The notes below the pieces were generated by a model. The model saw nothing but the letters and a program-made list of their open reading frames with translations, was not told the DNA's origin and did no database searches. Position numbers and translations under genes: made by a program. Below are positions 39,301-50,589 of a DNA stretch of 64,000 bases, one piece after another. Each line of letters begins with the position of its first letter. Positions within the stretch are counted from its first letter, which is position 1. Source of the stretch: Lingula anatina (taxonomy: Eukaryota; Animalia; Brachiopoda); the NCBI GenBank assembly GCA_051362555.1, contig CM120642.1, positions 18,848,001 to 18,912,000 on the forward strand, in the 5' to 3' direction.

Positions 39301-42300
39301 AAAGTTGACCCAATTTATTCAAAATATGTTTCTGGTTGTTTTATGTTAAATTCTGACTATAATTACATTTTCTTTTAACAAACAACACTTTGGATTCACA
39401 TGATTTACATGACACTTTTGTATTGGTTTCTATTATGACAGCACATACTGTTTCACCCTTGTTGTTTAAAGGTCAACCCCTCCTTTCATTACACATTTTC
39501 TAGTATAATATGACATCGCACAGTGCTGATAGCCACATTTTAGGCTGTCTGAGTTAGATTCTTATCATTTGGATTACTCGTAATTGAAAATTGAAACAAT
39601 GAAGAATACCATATGTTGCGCATACATTAAAAGAAAAGTGGTATTTGAAAATTATTTAATAGGACTACCAGAAAATATATTTTGTTATATTTGCCACCTT
39701 GAAATTCATATTTTTATGAAAAATATTGTGGCATTGTTTAAGAGATTTGATCACCCACCTAATACCTTCAAGGAGTGGTTACAAAAACAAGGATCCATAC
39801 CTAAAAAGTCTTCTTTCAGCTAATGGATACCTGTCTACATTAATTAAGTATTTTCCTCCTAACTGCTAACAGAGTTGCCCACTAAGACTAGAAATCCATA
39901 TTTAATACCACAGTCTACCAGTAATTCCTGAAAAAATATACATACCTGTTCCCAAGAAGGAACTATTCAGTGGCAGATCCAGAGATGTTTTTTGACAGTC
40001 TCCCAAATTATCTTTGTTGGTCCACCTCCATATTTGACCATTTTCTGTCAGAAAAAATCTTATTAGTTAGATGCCTGTCATTGTAAACTTGAAAAATTCT
40101 GACGGTCTTCTGGAAGACCTACGGGTAGAAGATGGCCACCATCTTTCCTTGCTGTTGGTGGATTTAGTCTACATCCCATACAGGCTGTGAGAGAACTGTG
40201 GTGCTGTAGGTCTCAGGCAGGAACTGAGGAATTGAATTTATTGATCCCTTGAAATTCTGGGAATTAACCAAGATTACTTGTGAGTCATCACATGTTCGGG
40301 ATCTGCATTCTACTTGTACTTTATTTTCTTTACTTAAAAATCATTTTTCCTTTTTGGGGGGAGGGGCTGAAGTGACCTCACAAAACTGTTTACAAAACTG
40401 TTTATTTAGAATTCAATTGCTTGAAATGCAGAAAAATTGATAAAATAAATAAATAATATACAAGTAATCACAAGATAATATAAGTTAAATTCGTTGTTGT
40501 GTAAGAAACAGCCTCTGTGGCAAGAAAAAGAGCTGTTTTCAATACGTTTTAGAAATACTGTACCCTTTATGGTATGTAATTGTTTCAGCAAATAAATGAG
40601 TACATGTAAATATACTGTAGATACATGAACTTGAAACACAATGTAGATTATAGCTGCGTGGATATGTGGATGGACTGGACAACAAAATAAAGATAACATA
40701 ACATAAACTTCAAGCTATTTTAATGGTCAGTCAATGCTCTCTAATTTATTGTTACAAAAAATTAAAATTTACAAGCATTGTCCTTTCCTTGCCACATAGA
40801 AGATGCTGATAAACAGTCATGTCTGCTCTACAACCCACTTCATTGATTGCCCAGAATTTGATGACTGTAAGATTATAATCTTGTTGAGACAAATTCAATA
40901 TCTTCAGGCTCAGCCGGTTCGAATTATATGCTTAATTTGTCATCACATGGCTGCCAAAGCAGCTTAGGGGTAGACACAGTGGCGAGAACAATTCATTAGG
41001 ATTAACCATGGATTGCCCTGGATAAGTTTGAAATAGATTTTCTGTTGTCATGATCTGTTAGGTCATTTTTGTTGCCTTTCAGTGTAGTTATCTGTATTGA
41101 CGAGCTGTGTTTTACATAGTGTGATTAGAGAGACATCTTTGATAAATCACTAGGAGCTATGCTAATCTGAAAAGATGTTTTAGTATCAAAGGTATTTTAT
41201 TTCTGCATCAGTATTTTACATGTAAGTATAAAGTTACACATGAGAAAAGACTTAAATTGTAAAATGTAAATTTGAAAAAAATTAAATTTTCCTACTTTGT
41301 GTTAAATGTTATCATAAATATTTTTTCAGTCATAGCAGTTCAGTCATCAAAAAAAAAAAAAAAAAAAAATAGAAAAACAATACCTATGGATTGGTTTTTA
41401 AATCTTTTTTATCGCCTGCCTCCAAAAGTTATTTTAATCTTTCCAGGCGGATGGACACTCCAAGGTGGCCCCTATTGTAGCATTATATGCTGGGAGACCA
41501 GAATTGAGGACAATGGTGGAGGAGATAGTGAGAGTGACACAGGAGGACAACACGCCAGTGGAGTATGCTATAGCAGGTATTGTATGAGCATGAATGTTGT
41601 TTTAATACTACTTAATTTATTTCAATTGATATAAATGTCAGTGGTGGATTTAGAGGGGTGTTAGGAGGGTCTGCCCCCCCCCACCCCCCTTTGATGTCTG
41701 AAAAAGGTCACAGGTATGGTCCCCTCCTGAAATTAGAAAAATTTTGGAGGTCATCAGGGGCCCCTGAACCCCATGCCAAGGGGTGGGTTGGGGCGGCTTC
41801 GCATCCTCAGCTCCCCCCTTCAAATAATCCTGGATTCGCCCCTGAATGTAGTGACAGATTTTTAATTAAAGTTGGTGAGAATTATACAGAATGAAGACAC
41901 TAATGTTTTTATTGATATATTATATATTATTTATATTAATGTATATTATTTAATTTGGAAATCTTGATTATACTGATACGTCAGCTGGATGGAGAAATAC
42001 AAAAAGTAATGGATGAAGTTATTTAGATGTGACATGATTTTTCTTTATCTTGTTTCACATTTTATGAGATGTCAAGCTTCCATAAGTTAAAATTTATCTT
42101 TATTTTTTTCGATTATTTTTATATCTATTGTATCTATCTTTTTTTTTTCTTTCAGGAGCTCTTCTCCTGGAAGAATATATTCTGAATGGAGGAGACAGTT
42201 CAACAGTGGAGAAGTTACTTAGTATGGACATTAGTGACACAGTGAAGGAGCAAGTCAAGATAGCACTGGCTGCGAAAGATAAACCTTTCAGAGCAGCCAC

Positions 42301-44402
42301 CAAGGAATTTGGCTCTTCCTGTTGTACGTATACTGATGTATTGATGAAGTTTCTCTAAAACTCTAATGTGAAAGTACTTTGGAGTATATATGGATTTTTT
42401 ATTAATTATGCATATGTGAAAAAAATTAAACCTAAAATCGATAAAATCATATTTCCAGAAATGACAAAAATATTGTGGTTTCTTACATATTCTTGAGTGC
42501 AAGTTTAAATAATTTTAATGGACGTGTATAAATTCAGTTTAAATGAGTCACCCAAATGGCAACGTCCATTTGACATGGTGACAAAACAACTGCTGTCACC
42601 CCAGTTAAGATGACAACCACTGGTGACTTTCTGAAATCAAAAATTGTTATTTTTTTATCAAAACAAGTTTTAATTCAATTTTTAATTTTGTTTTCTTATT
42701 CTTATACTTACCCTGTGCCTCCTTTTTCCAAACAGCTTTGCCAGGAAGCTTCATCTGTAGCATACAGTCCATAGGTGGCGCTAATGGTAACTATGTGGAT
42801 ACCATGAGGCAAGCGCTCACATCTGGCGGAGATAACTGTTCTAGGAATATGTTGCTAGGGGCTTGTCTTGGTGCCCAGGTAAAGGCTTGTCTTATGCTTT
42901 GTTTATCTTTAAGGGAGGATAACTCTTGGTTATGGTCAGAAAAGTGCCATTTGAAACAATATTTCCATACTTTCCAGTGATTAATGAATCTGTTCCGAAA
43001 TTTAAAGATAGGCTATTGTTTTTTTTTAAGTGTGGGTTTTATAAAAATTTACTAATAGATTTTTATGTAGGGTAGCCATCTATGAAGGTCCATGTGGTCT
43101 GATGGCAAGTTTTAGACCGCATTGACAATGATTGAGCCAGGCTTTTAAATCCTGGGGACTAAATATGGCGGACGTACATGAAAGAAAAACCGCCTAATCT
43201 TTTAATAGTCTCTCTGCCTCTCACATGCCTCCCCACACGTTGTCCCTGCGGGGTACAGTAATTAAATCTTGGCTCCGTTCGCCATGTGGAAGCTACCTGA
43301 GAAAAAGAAATGAATTGGCTCATAGAGCAGCTATGAATCGGGATCAAAATCGTAAAAACACCCCCTTCCAGTTCGATCAGGCGTAGGGAACTAGGCCAGC
43401 ATCAGAACGAGACTGCATACGCAAAAATTCTGCCTTCCTCCTCCTCCGTCTACTGGGGCTGGCTATCTCCGTGAATATCTCTTGTGACATTATCTCCGTA
43501 GATAGCCGATTCATTGCTGCTCTACGGGCCAATTCATTTCTTTTTGGTCTCCGAGATTTAATGACTGTCCCCCCGCAGGGACGACGTGTGGGGGGGGCGT
43601 ATGAGAAGCGGAGAGACTATTAAAAGATTAGGCGGTTTTTCTTTCATGTACGTCCGCCATATTTAGTCCCCAGGATTTGTAAAGCCTGGCTCAATCGTTG
43701 TGAATGCGGTCTTAGAATAATTGTGATAACTACCATTTTGATGGTAAAATGGAATTTAACATATTTGTATGTGTTGTGTACAATGTATTTATTGTAGAAT
43801 TTTGAATTTGACATGAAGAATTGTTATCCCTTTCAGTTCTGAATAAATTATTACTGTAGCAATTTTAAATTAAATATTATAATGCAAAATACTAATTAAA
43901 TGACATCAATGATAAAAATAAATATAGTTGTAATTCTATGATTTAGCCAGGCTATTATTGGTTGGGTGAAAATTAATTGAAATAAAAACAACGTACTAGT
44001 ATACAGGCTTGATAGATCTAAATCGTCTTTGTTACCTAATTTCTGCATCAAATATGCAAATTTCTCATAAAAATAGATTTTCAAATATTTTTGTTTAAGT
44101 GAATAAATTGTTGAAAAGAGATAAAAGTAACTGAAATGTAGGTGTTATTTAATTGGAGTGTGATATATTTCAAAAGTAGAAACCGTGCTAAACAATAGTG
44201 ATAGTCATATTCATCAGAAGGATTTAACTAATCATTGATAGGATTTGTTTCAGGGATATACTAGTATGTAGTCATTGCAATTAGATATTTTCTATCCTTT
44301 CAGCATGGTGTTGATGGCATTCCTGAAGACTGGATAAAGAAAATGTCAAGACAAGATGTGGTGGAATTAGCCAATCAGCTTGTGACCGCACGGTGTTCAT
44401 AA
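36318..44402 (+). CDS. SELENOJ: Selenoprotein J / J1-crystallin-like ADP-ribosylglycohydrolase-family protein, Cys homolog, 7 exons, 327 aa
   Basis: Exons 36318-36387, 36917-37093, 37745-37941, 41447-41576, 42156-42323, 42736-42878, 44304-44402. All introns are GT-AG with compatible phases; total 984 nt. Protein: [32 protein letters not shown]...HCPFYKQPTGRFTCYGDQALVVLESL...LPIDGPWRNGSIK...QADGHSKVAPIVALYAG...VRVTQ...EFGSSCSLPGSF...GGDNCSRNMLLGACLGAQHGVDGIPEDW...*. These motifs match SelJ/J1-crystallins as I recall them. The symbol denotes family homology, not a Sec-containing protein. Confidence 0.9.
39968..40151. mobile_element. MITE (cagtggcagatcc...atctttccttg) in SelJ-like intron 3
   Basis: Inverted homolog of 11322-11489; imperfect 5-bp flanks ctatt/ctgtt. 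Confidence 0.65.
41639..41844. mobile_element. MITE with cagtggtggatt / gattcgcccctg ends and 5-bp TSD
   Basis: AATGT directly repeated at 41634-41638 and 41845-41849. GC-rich interior; left part homologous to 58978-59245 and (inverted) 54370-54583. Confidence 0.8.
43115..43711. mobile_element. PIF/Harbinger-like MITE with ~150-bp TIRs, TTA TSD, in SelJ-like intron 6
   Basis: gaccgcattgacaatgattgagccaggctt...cctggggactaaatatggcggacgtacatgaaagaaaaaccgcctaatcttttaatagtctctc is mirrored at 43560-43711. TTA at 43112-43114 and 43712-43714. Confidence 0.9.
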
Positions 44403-44949
44403 CAACATAATAATGTTGTGGAAATATTGAGAATATAAGTGTATTTTACCCAGTAAAGGACAACACTTGGATCATCATAATTTTTTTATATACTACTGAT
44501 TACAGAAGATTGTGTTTGCTGTAAGAAAATTATTTGAAATATTTTACAACACTTTTTGGACATTTTTAATCTGATTGAGATATATTTCTATGTACCGTAT
44601 ATACTAGAGTGGTTATACTTAACTTCACATTTGTATTTTTTTATTGCAAAATCATGTAGAAAATACAATAATATTCACATTTCTGTTGAAAATGAAAATT
44701 TGCAGAAATATAATAACACAGTATGGTGAATTTTTCATATTTATTCACTTCACACCAATAATTAGTATAAATTATACTTTCCTTTTACATTGTGCAAACT
44801 AAAATAAGTATGAATACACTGGTCCAAAAAATTCTGCAAAGGTAAAAGTCTTCACTGAGGAAGGACTCTCATTCAGTGCGAAAAAAAAAAAAAAAGCAAT
44901 GCTTATAACAAAAAGACAAAAATGTGCAAAAATACCATAAATTAAACGG

Positions 44950-45495
44950 TCATTAAAAGTTGTGTTCAATGGGGACATTTTAGACTCATTTTACAATCAG
45001 AAAAAACCTATAGGTGTATATCTTAACGAAAACTAAGCTGGAATAATTGTGTATTTACTTTAAAAAAGAATTTACAGCAAACTGTTCCTTCTATCCAAAC
45101 TAAAACGATATCTAACATTGGAAACAAGAAAACTATTTTATAATGCACATATACTACTACAGCTGTGCAAAACTAGAAAACACAAACTTCAAAAACGTGG
45201 TGCAAGAATCATTCTCGATATCCCGGAAAAAGAAACCAAGAACAATCCATCAGTTGCACTATTCAAGAAACTAAACTGGCAAACAATATATGAATAGATA
45301 GAATTTAAGCAAGCAGCATTAGTTTTTAAATCGCTACATGGACTTTCACCAAAATACATAAGGTACTTACTGGGAACTTCAACCATAGTCACTACAAGTA
45401 GAATCACCCTATCAAGTAACGAGGGAAATATCAATTTACCAGTTGGCAGACATAAAGACATCATTCACAATATTTTGTCAAAAAAAAAAAAAAAA
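44950..45495 (+). mobile_element. Degenerate LINE (CR1/L2-group) ORF2 3' fragment
   Basis: Translates ...GVYLNEN..W...SKLFLLSKLKRYLTLETRKLFYNAHIL...KLQKRGARIILD...PSVALFKKLNWQTIYE*IEFKQAALVFKSLHGLSPKYI, the typical post-RT region, with stops and frameshifts. An A-run follows at 45480-45495. Confidence 0.8.
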
Positions 45496-46238
45496 GAGAT
45501 TAATAACGTTAATAATAAGGTTATTTTTAATTTTTTAATTTTTTTTTTTAATTTAGAGATATACTGGTACCAGGTTCGTAGACTATTAAAATGCTGAGGG
45601 TGGGGTTGTAAAGGGTTCAGCCGTTAAATGCCCAGAAACAGATTATTTGCACCGCTTGTGGTACTCGTCTAGTTGGCAACTGGACAAGAAGTGAAAAACC
45701 TCTAATGGACCGGAAAAATGAAAAAAAGATTTAAACTTGCCGCGTAATAAAGTTAAACCTTTGTTTCCATGGTTTTGTTTTGCAATATCCTCTCTATCCT
45801 TACTAATCGTTTTGGGAAAGATTTCAGAAAATTTTTATCTCATAAACTGTAACTTTACACATCACTATAACATTATGTATACTTATTGGAAACACGTGTT
45901 CAACTGATATTTTAGCGAATCTTTAATATGTACAATTATGTTTGTTCAAGAGTGAATTTAATCTTATTTATAAAGCAATCTGCCTGAATCGAAAGAGTAT
46001 CTGAAGCTACTAAGCAAAACGGCGTAGCGCACCCCCCCCCCTTCCACCAACCCCTAAACACCACCACACCAGGTACACACACTCAAATTGCGGTTTAAAA
46101 ATTATTTTACAATTGCAAATCTATCGCAAATGATTTTAAAAGTTAGTGACTATATATACCACTTAGGGTTTCAATTTACGATAGTACAACCTTAAGTCCT
46201 ACAGTTAATATACCAAACACATTCTCATAAATTAAATC

Positions 46239-46281
<43 letters not shown>

Positions 46282-46422
46282 ATAATAATTGAACTTCGCA
46301 TCAATTTAACATCTCCAAATATTTCTTTAGAAAATTCGTTATACTTTTGTGTCGGTCTTTTTGCACATTTCTCAATCTGTAGCAAAATGTGTTTTTTTCA
46401 CTTTTGTCTAAATTGTTGTCAC

Positions 46423-48333
46423 TTAATCTAGGAAAGCAAAACACTTTACAGCTCCTCCATACTCAACAACAACAACTTTTCCGTCGGGGGTGAGGGCAAC
46501 ATCCTGTGGGGATTTCAACCCGTCTTCTTTAGTAAGAAGAAACTTCTTAAACCCTCCATCTGGAGAAAGTAGATGGAGGCGATTGTTTCCGTCATCAGCC
46601 AATATGATATCACCGTTTGCCAAGCAGCACATTCCCCTTGGTAAGCTCACCTGACCATCACCACAGCCTTTGGCTCCGTACGTGAACTTAAGCACACCGG
46701 ATACGGGGTTGTAGGAGAGTACTTTGTGAGCCCCTGGATGTGACACGAGGACATCACCTGTTAAGCTGACTGCGACATATTTGAAAATATAACTTTGCAG
46801 TGGATCAGGAAAGGTATGGGCGACCTGCCCATCCTTGCCGTGAATGTTTATTGCTTCCTTTCCAGCAATGACGTACTGGCCCTTGCTATTCACTGACACT
46901 GCGTGCGGCTGTGGGCTGTAGAAACTAGATAGCAGGTTGCCTTCCCTGCTGTAGATCATCACCAAGTTATCTGACTGTGACCGCGTGACAACGTTTTCAT
47001 CTTGATCCAATGCAATGCCAGTGAGAGTGCCTTCCTTCAACTCAGGGTTTATTATAGTCGCAATCAAACGCCTGTTAACATTGTACACGTTGATCTTGTT
47101 CTTACTCTTATCCTTGTAACCCCACACACCAACATACACGCGCCCTTCAGCATCTACAGCTACATGTGATAGTGTTTCCTTAGGATCAGTATTTAGGTCT
47201 ACGCAGAATGACCACAACAGTCCCTTGTCCCTGGCATGTCGCACCTCACCCATACACTCACGAAGAACAGTTGACATATTGTTGACATGCTTGGTATCTA
47301 GGGTTAGACTCTTGGTGGTTGGGATGGTCGGTAACTTCATCTCCGTTAATTCCTTGCCACGTCTCAGGCAGTTTGCCATGGTCTGCAAGACTTCTGGGTC
47401 GGAACCGTGAATAATCAAGGCGTTGGTAAAATCCTTAAAGCTCGCAAAACATCCCTGGATTAATTCTAGTTCCTTTTCCATGGGGTCCAGAACTTCTTCC
47501 ATCTGACTGGTGGCTTCGTTGACTACTCTACGCATGCGGTCCGCATTGGCTTGAACCAACTTTATGAGCTCTACCTCACGTTTTTCAATCGCTTTCTCGA
47601 GTTTCTCGCTCTGACAATGAAAATCTGCCTTGCGTTCCTTCACGTCTGAAATAAGACTTGCTACTTCTAACTCTTTCCTTTCTATCTCTTTTTGTTCGTT
47701 GGCCAAGCGATCTCTTCCACCTTTAGCAGCTGATGATATGTACTTGCAATCGTGATCTTTATGCTCAACTGAAACGCATGTTCCACATATAAACTTTTCG
47801 CAGCCACAACAGAATACTTCAGCCGGGGTCTTGTTGTCATGGTTACACAGAATTTGTTGGCGAGAGCGAAGTTCGCTGGCGTACGCTTCATCATTGAGTT
47901 CTTTCAATGGGATTAACTGGTGGTCGCGACATGCACCGTGACGTCGGTGTTCTGCACTGCAGTCGTCACACATGTTGTCATCACACTTCAAACATCTCTT
48001 TGTTGCATCTGCATCTACTGGGGGCTCTTTAAGGGCGCATGTCTCGCATTTGTCCTGCGTCTTTGCTTCGTCGACCTTGTTGACTACCTCAGCGAGGTTA
48101 GCAAGAAGACGGCTTTTCTCCAAGTCCTCTGCCCCTTTTTCTGGCAGCTGGCATTCCCTTCTACAGATGGGGCATGGGAAACGGCGGTTACGGTCGAGTT
48201 TGACCTTCACGTGCCCCTCAAGACACCTCTTACAGAAACTGTGGACGCAAGGAAGTATTTTAGGTTCTTTATACCTTTCATCGCAAATGATGCATGTCAG
48301 GAAATCTTCTTCGAGGATTTTAGAAAGAGCCAT
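46423..48333 (-). CDS. TRIM-NHL E3 ubiquitin ligase (TRIM2/3/56-like), copy A, intronless CDS, 636 aa
   Basis: C3HC4 RING (CIIC...PCVHSFCKRC...CPIC), B-box1 (CETC...CLKC...CDDC...H...H), B-box2 (CNH...FC..C...C..C...HKDH), coiled coil, and NHL repeats (VAVDAEGRVYV, LPRGMCCLANGDIILADDGNNRL, SPQDVALTPDGKVVVVE). No filamin domain is visible. An acceptor (tttacag) lies just upstream of the ATG. Confidence 0.93.
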   Translation of the reverse strand: MALSKILEEDFLTCIICDERYKEPKILPCVHSFCKRCLEGHVKVKLDRNRRFPCPICRRECQLPEKGAEDLEKSRLLANLAEVVNKVDEAKTQDKCETCALKEPPVDADATKRCLKCDDNMCDDCSAEHRRHGACRDHQLIPLKELNDEAYASELRSRQQILCNHDNKTPAEVFCCGCEKFICGTCVSVEHKDHDCKYISSAAKGGRDRLANEQKEIERKELEVASLISDVKERKADFHCQSEKLEKAIEKREVELIKLVQANADRMRRVVNEATSQMEEVLDPMEKELELIQGCFASFKDFTNALIIHGSDPEVLQTMANCLRRGKELTEMKLPTIPTTKSLTLDTKHVNNMSTVLRECMGEVRHARDKGLLWSFCVDLNTDPKETLSHVAVDAEGRVYVGVWGYKDKSKNKINVYNVNRRLIATIINPELKEGTLTGIALDQDENVVTRSQSDNLVMIYSREGNLLSSFYSPQPHAVSVNSKGQYVIAGKEAINIHGKDGQVAHTFPDPLQSYIFKYVAVSLTGDVLVSHPGAHKVLSYNPVSGVLKFTYGAKGCGDGQVSLPRGMCCLANGDIILADDGNNRLHLLSPDGGFKKFLLTKEDGLKSPQDVALTPDGKVVVVEYGGAVKCFAFLD

Positions 48334-48422
48334 TGTGTTTAATGCAGGCCTTCTCTCTGTAAATAGAAAATAAATTTGGGTTCATGGGGAGAGGCGTATG
48401 CAAGAATAAGTAGGGAGCTAAG

Positions 48423-48877
48423 CAGGGCCGTAGCCTGAGCAAAATGCCAGGGGGGCAGTAAGCGGACACGAGGGGGCGAAGCCCCCGAGGGGGGAGGGTG
48501 TGGGAGAGGATGTCCCCCTCCCACGGTGTGGAAAATTTTTAAAAATTGTACGTATAATACTGCATTCTGGTGCATTTTAACTGTTATTTATTGCTTAATC
48601 AGTAGTCAGAAATTGTGGGTTCATTTTGCCATAAGCACAGTCATTTTTTCAACACAACACGCCAATTGGACTTTTTGGCATGAACTGAGTTGGCTAAAAA
48701 CAGTACACCTTTGTAAACAGATTGTTGAATTATTGTCTAGTGCCCAGGAGTGCATTTTCTCACAGAATTGATACCAACTTTGCATTTATTTATTTATTTA
48801 TTATTATTTTTTTTTTGCACCTCAAATCCCAGGGGGGCAGTTGCCCCCCCCCCCCCCTCCCGGAGGCTACGGCCCTG
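48423..48877. mobile_element. Non-autonomous DNA transposon (cagggccgtagcct / aggctacggccctg TIRs) in the 5'UTR intron of TRIM copy A
   Basis: Perfect 14-bp TIRs. The paralogous site upstream of copy B (ggggcttgtagaa, ~58110) is empty. Confidence 0.85.
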
Positions 48878-49569
48878 AGCTTGTAGAACAAGTTCGTCGG
48901 TTTTCCAATTTCAGCACCACTGTTACAGAAATTTTGTTCTTTATCTTGTTCGTCGCACTCATACTAGTACCCCATGATGACATAAAATATTTTTAGTTTC
49001 GGATGATGCTTCTTTTTGTTATCCTCTAACAGGGCCGAAGATTATTTGTGCTCTTTTCTTTTAGTTGAAAAATGTGCCATGAATTATCCAGAAACATGAT
49101 GTCATCTGTGAATGTCTAGTGAAAACTTTATCTGTGGCCCTGGTAAAGGGTAACCTTTGTGTCATTTATAATATATTTTAATAAGTATTTCACTGAAGTG
49201 CTTCTAACAAGCCACTAGCGTTACAGTGCTCTGGAGCCTTCATTGTGACTGTCACTCTCATTTGAAATTTTGAAATTGACGACCTTTTTTGTGAAAAAAA
49301 AATTCTAGTGAACGAAATGCTGACTTGTCGATTAGCAAGTCTTCACTCAGGCTCGATTTCAACAGTATCGATGCTGAGCTGTCTATTTAATAGGATTGAC
49401 ATCACATATATTTTTCATAATTTTTTTATAAGTAATTATAAACTGACATACAAAACTCACACTATTGTGTACGGATGCTGTTATGAATACACATCCAGTT
49501 ATTTTTTAATAATTTTTTATAGTGACATCTGAGCAAAAATACGCATAATCTACCCCATAAAATTCGTTG

Positions 49570-49685
49570 GTCAGAAAGTTTTGATTTACCTGTTGAATGT
49601 TTCCTCTGTTCACTCTGACAGACTTGGTCAGAACTGAATTACCTGTTCAAATTTCAGGATCTATCATAAATGAAAACTTTCTGAC
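49570..49685. mobile_element. Small inverted-repeat element present only in TRIM copy A upstream region
   Basis: gtcagaaagttttgattta / taaatgaaaactttctgac (18/19 match); absent at the paralogous position ~58870. Confidence 0.5.
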
Positions 49686-50589
49686 TATCAAACTAAGATC
49701 CAATGAAACTATTTTCACACCCAATAACATTCATTTAGCTATCCATTTTTACTCAGCATTATGTACCAGTTGATTCATTTATCAAAATGTCTGTCATTAA
49801 ACAATTGGGAGGTCTTTAACACTTCATACCTAGGTTAAACAATCGGTTTATAGGTCTTTTTCAGGATAAATTCTTATCTCAAGATTACACCCCGACAGGC
49901 TCTGTATCAATGTTAGGGTTATAGTAAACATGAGGGTTAATGTAAACAAAATAATCCCCCTTTCCAGACGGAGGGTGGTGACGTTACCAACAAAGCCGGT
50001 AAAATTCAATTATGCATAAACAATTAATTTCGACTGAGGCATCATATTGACACAAAATTGACTTATCTAATCTTTTAGAAATATAGATAAATATAGGTGA
50101 AGGCGTTAAAAGGGTATTTTGTTGTTATCAGCGATAACAAAAAAATCCCCTTTTCAGAACTGATGAATATGCATAAAACCCGGGTCAAGTTTTAAGAAAT
50201 CAGCATGAACGGGCCATTTTTTAAAAAGTTATTTTCCACTTTTTCGGCATATATGAAACACTGATAACACATTTCAGTGAAAACTGATTGGCCTATTGTC
50301 TTGAAACTCACAGTAGTGATCAATCCTACTAAAATACAGGACGTGATCGACCTTTTCAGATCAGGTCCGGTAACAAAGGAAAAGCTATTTGTCCTTCTGT
50401 ATATATTGATGAAAAAGTAATAAACATTATTTTCAATTAAAATGCCATGTTCAACCTTTATAAATTACATACAGTGAAAGTACAAATACGAAATGTAAGC
50501 CGGGCATATATCACTTGAATTAACTTTCATTTCCACATTATCTTTATATAGCGAACAATCTACAACCTGGAGCTTTTAATCGAAATCTA

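Noticed and set aside
41272-41634. 120-aa ORF in the track
   Set aside because: Wrong frame over SelJ-like exon 4; the real frame reads ADGHSKVAPIVALYAG.
44403-44950. SECIS element in the SelJ-like 3'UTR
   Set aside because: No AUGA-AA-GA stem-loop seen by eye and no in-frame UGA; a formal SECIS search was not run.
49588-49645. Two ttacctg (CAG|GTAA) donor-like sites upstream of TRIM A
   Set aside because: They lie inside a copy-specific inverted-repeat insertion absent from paralog B, so they are unlikely to mark the ancestral UTR exon.
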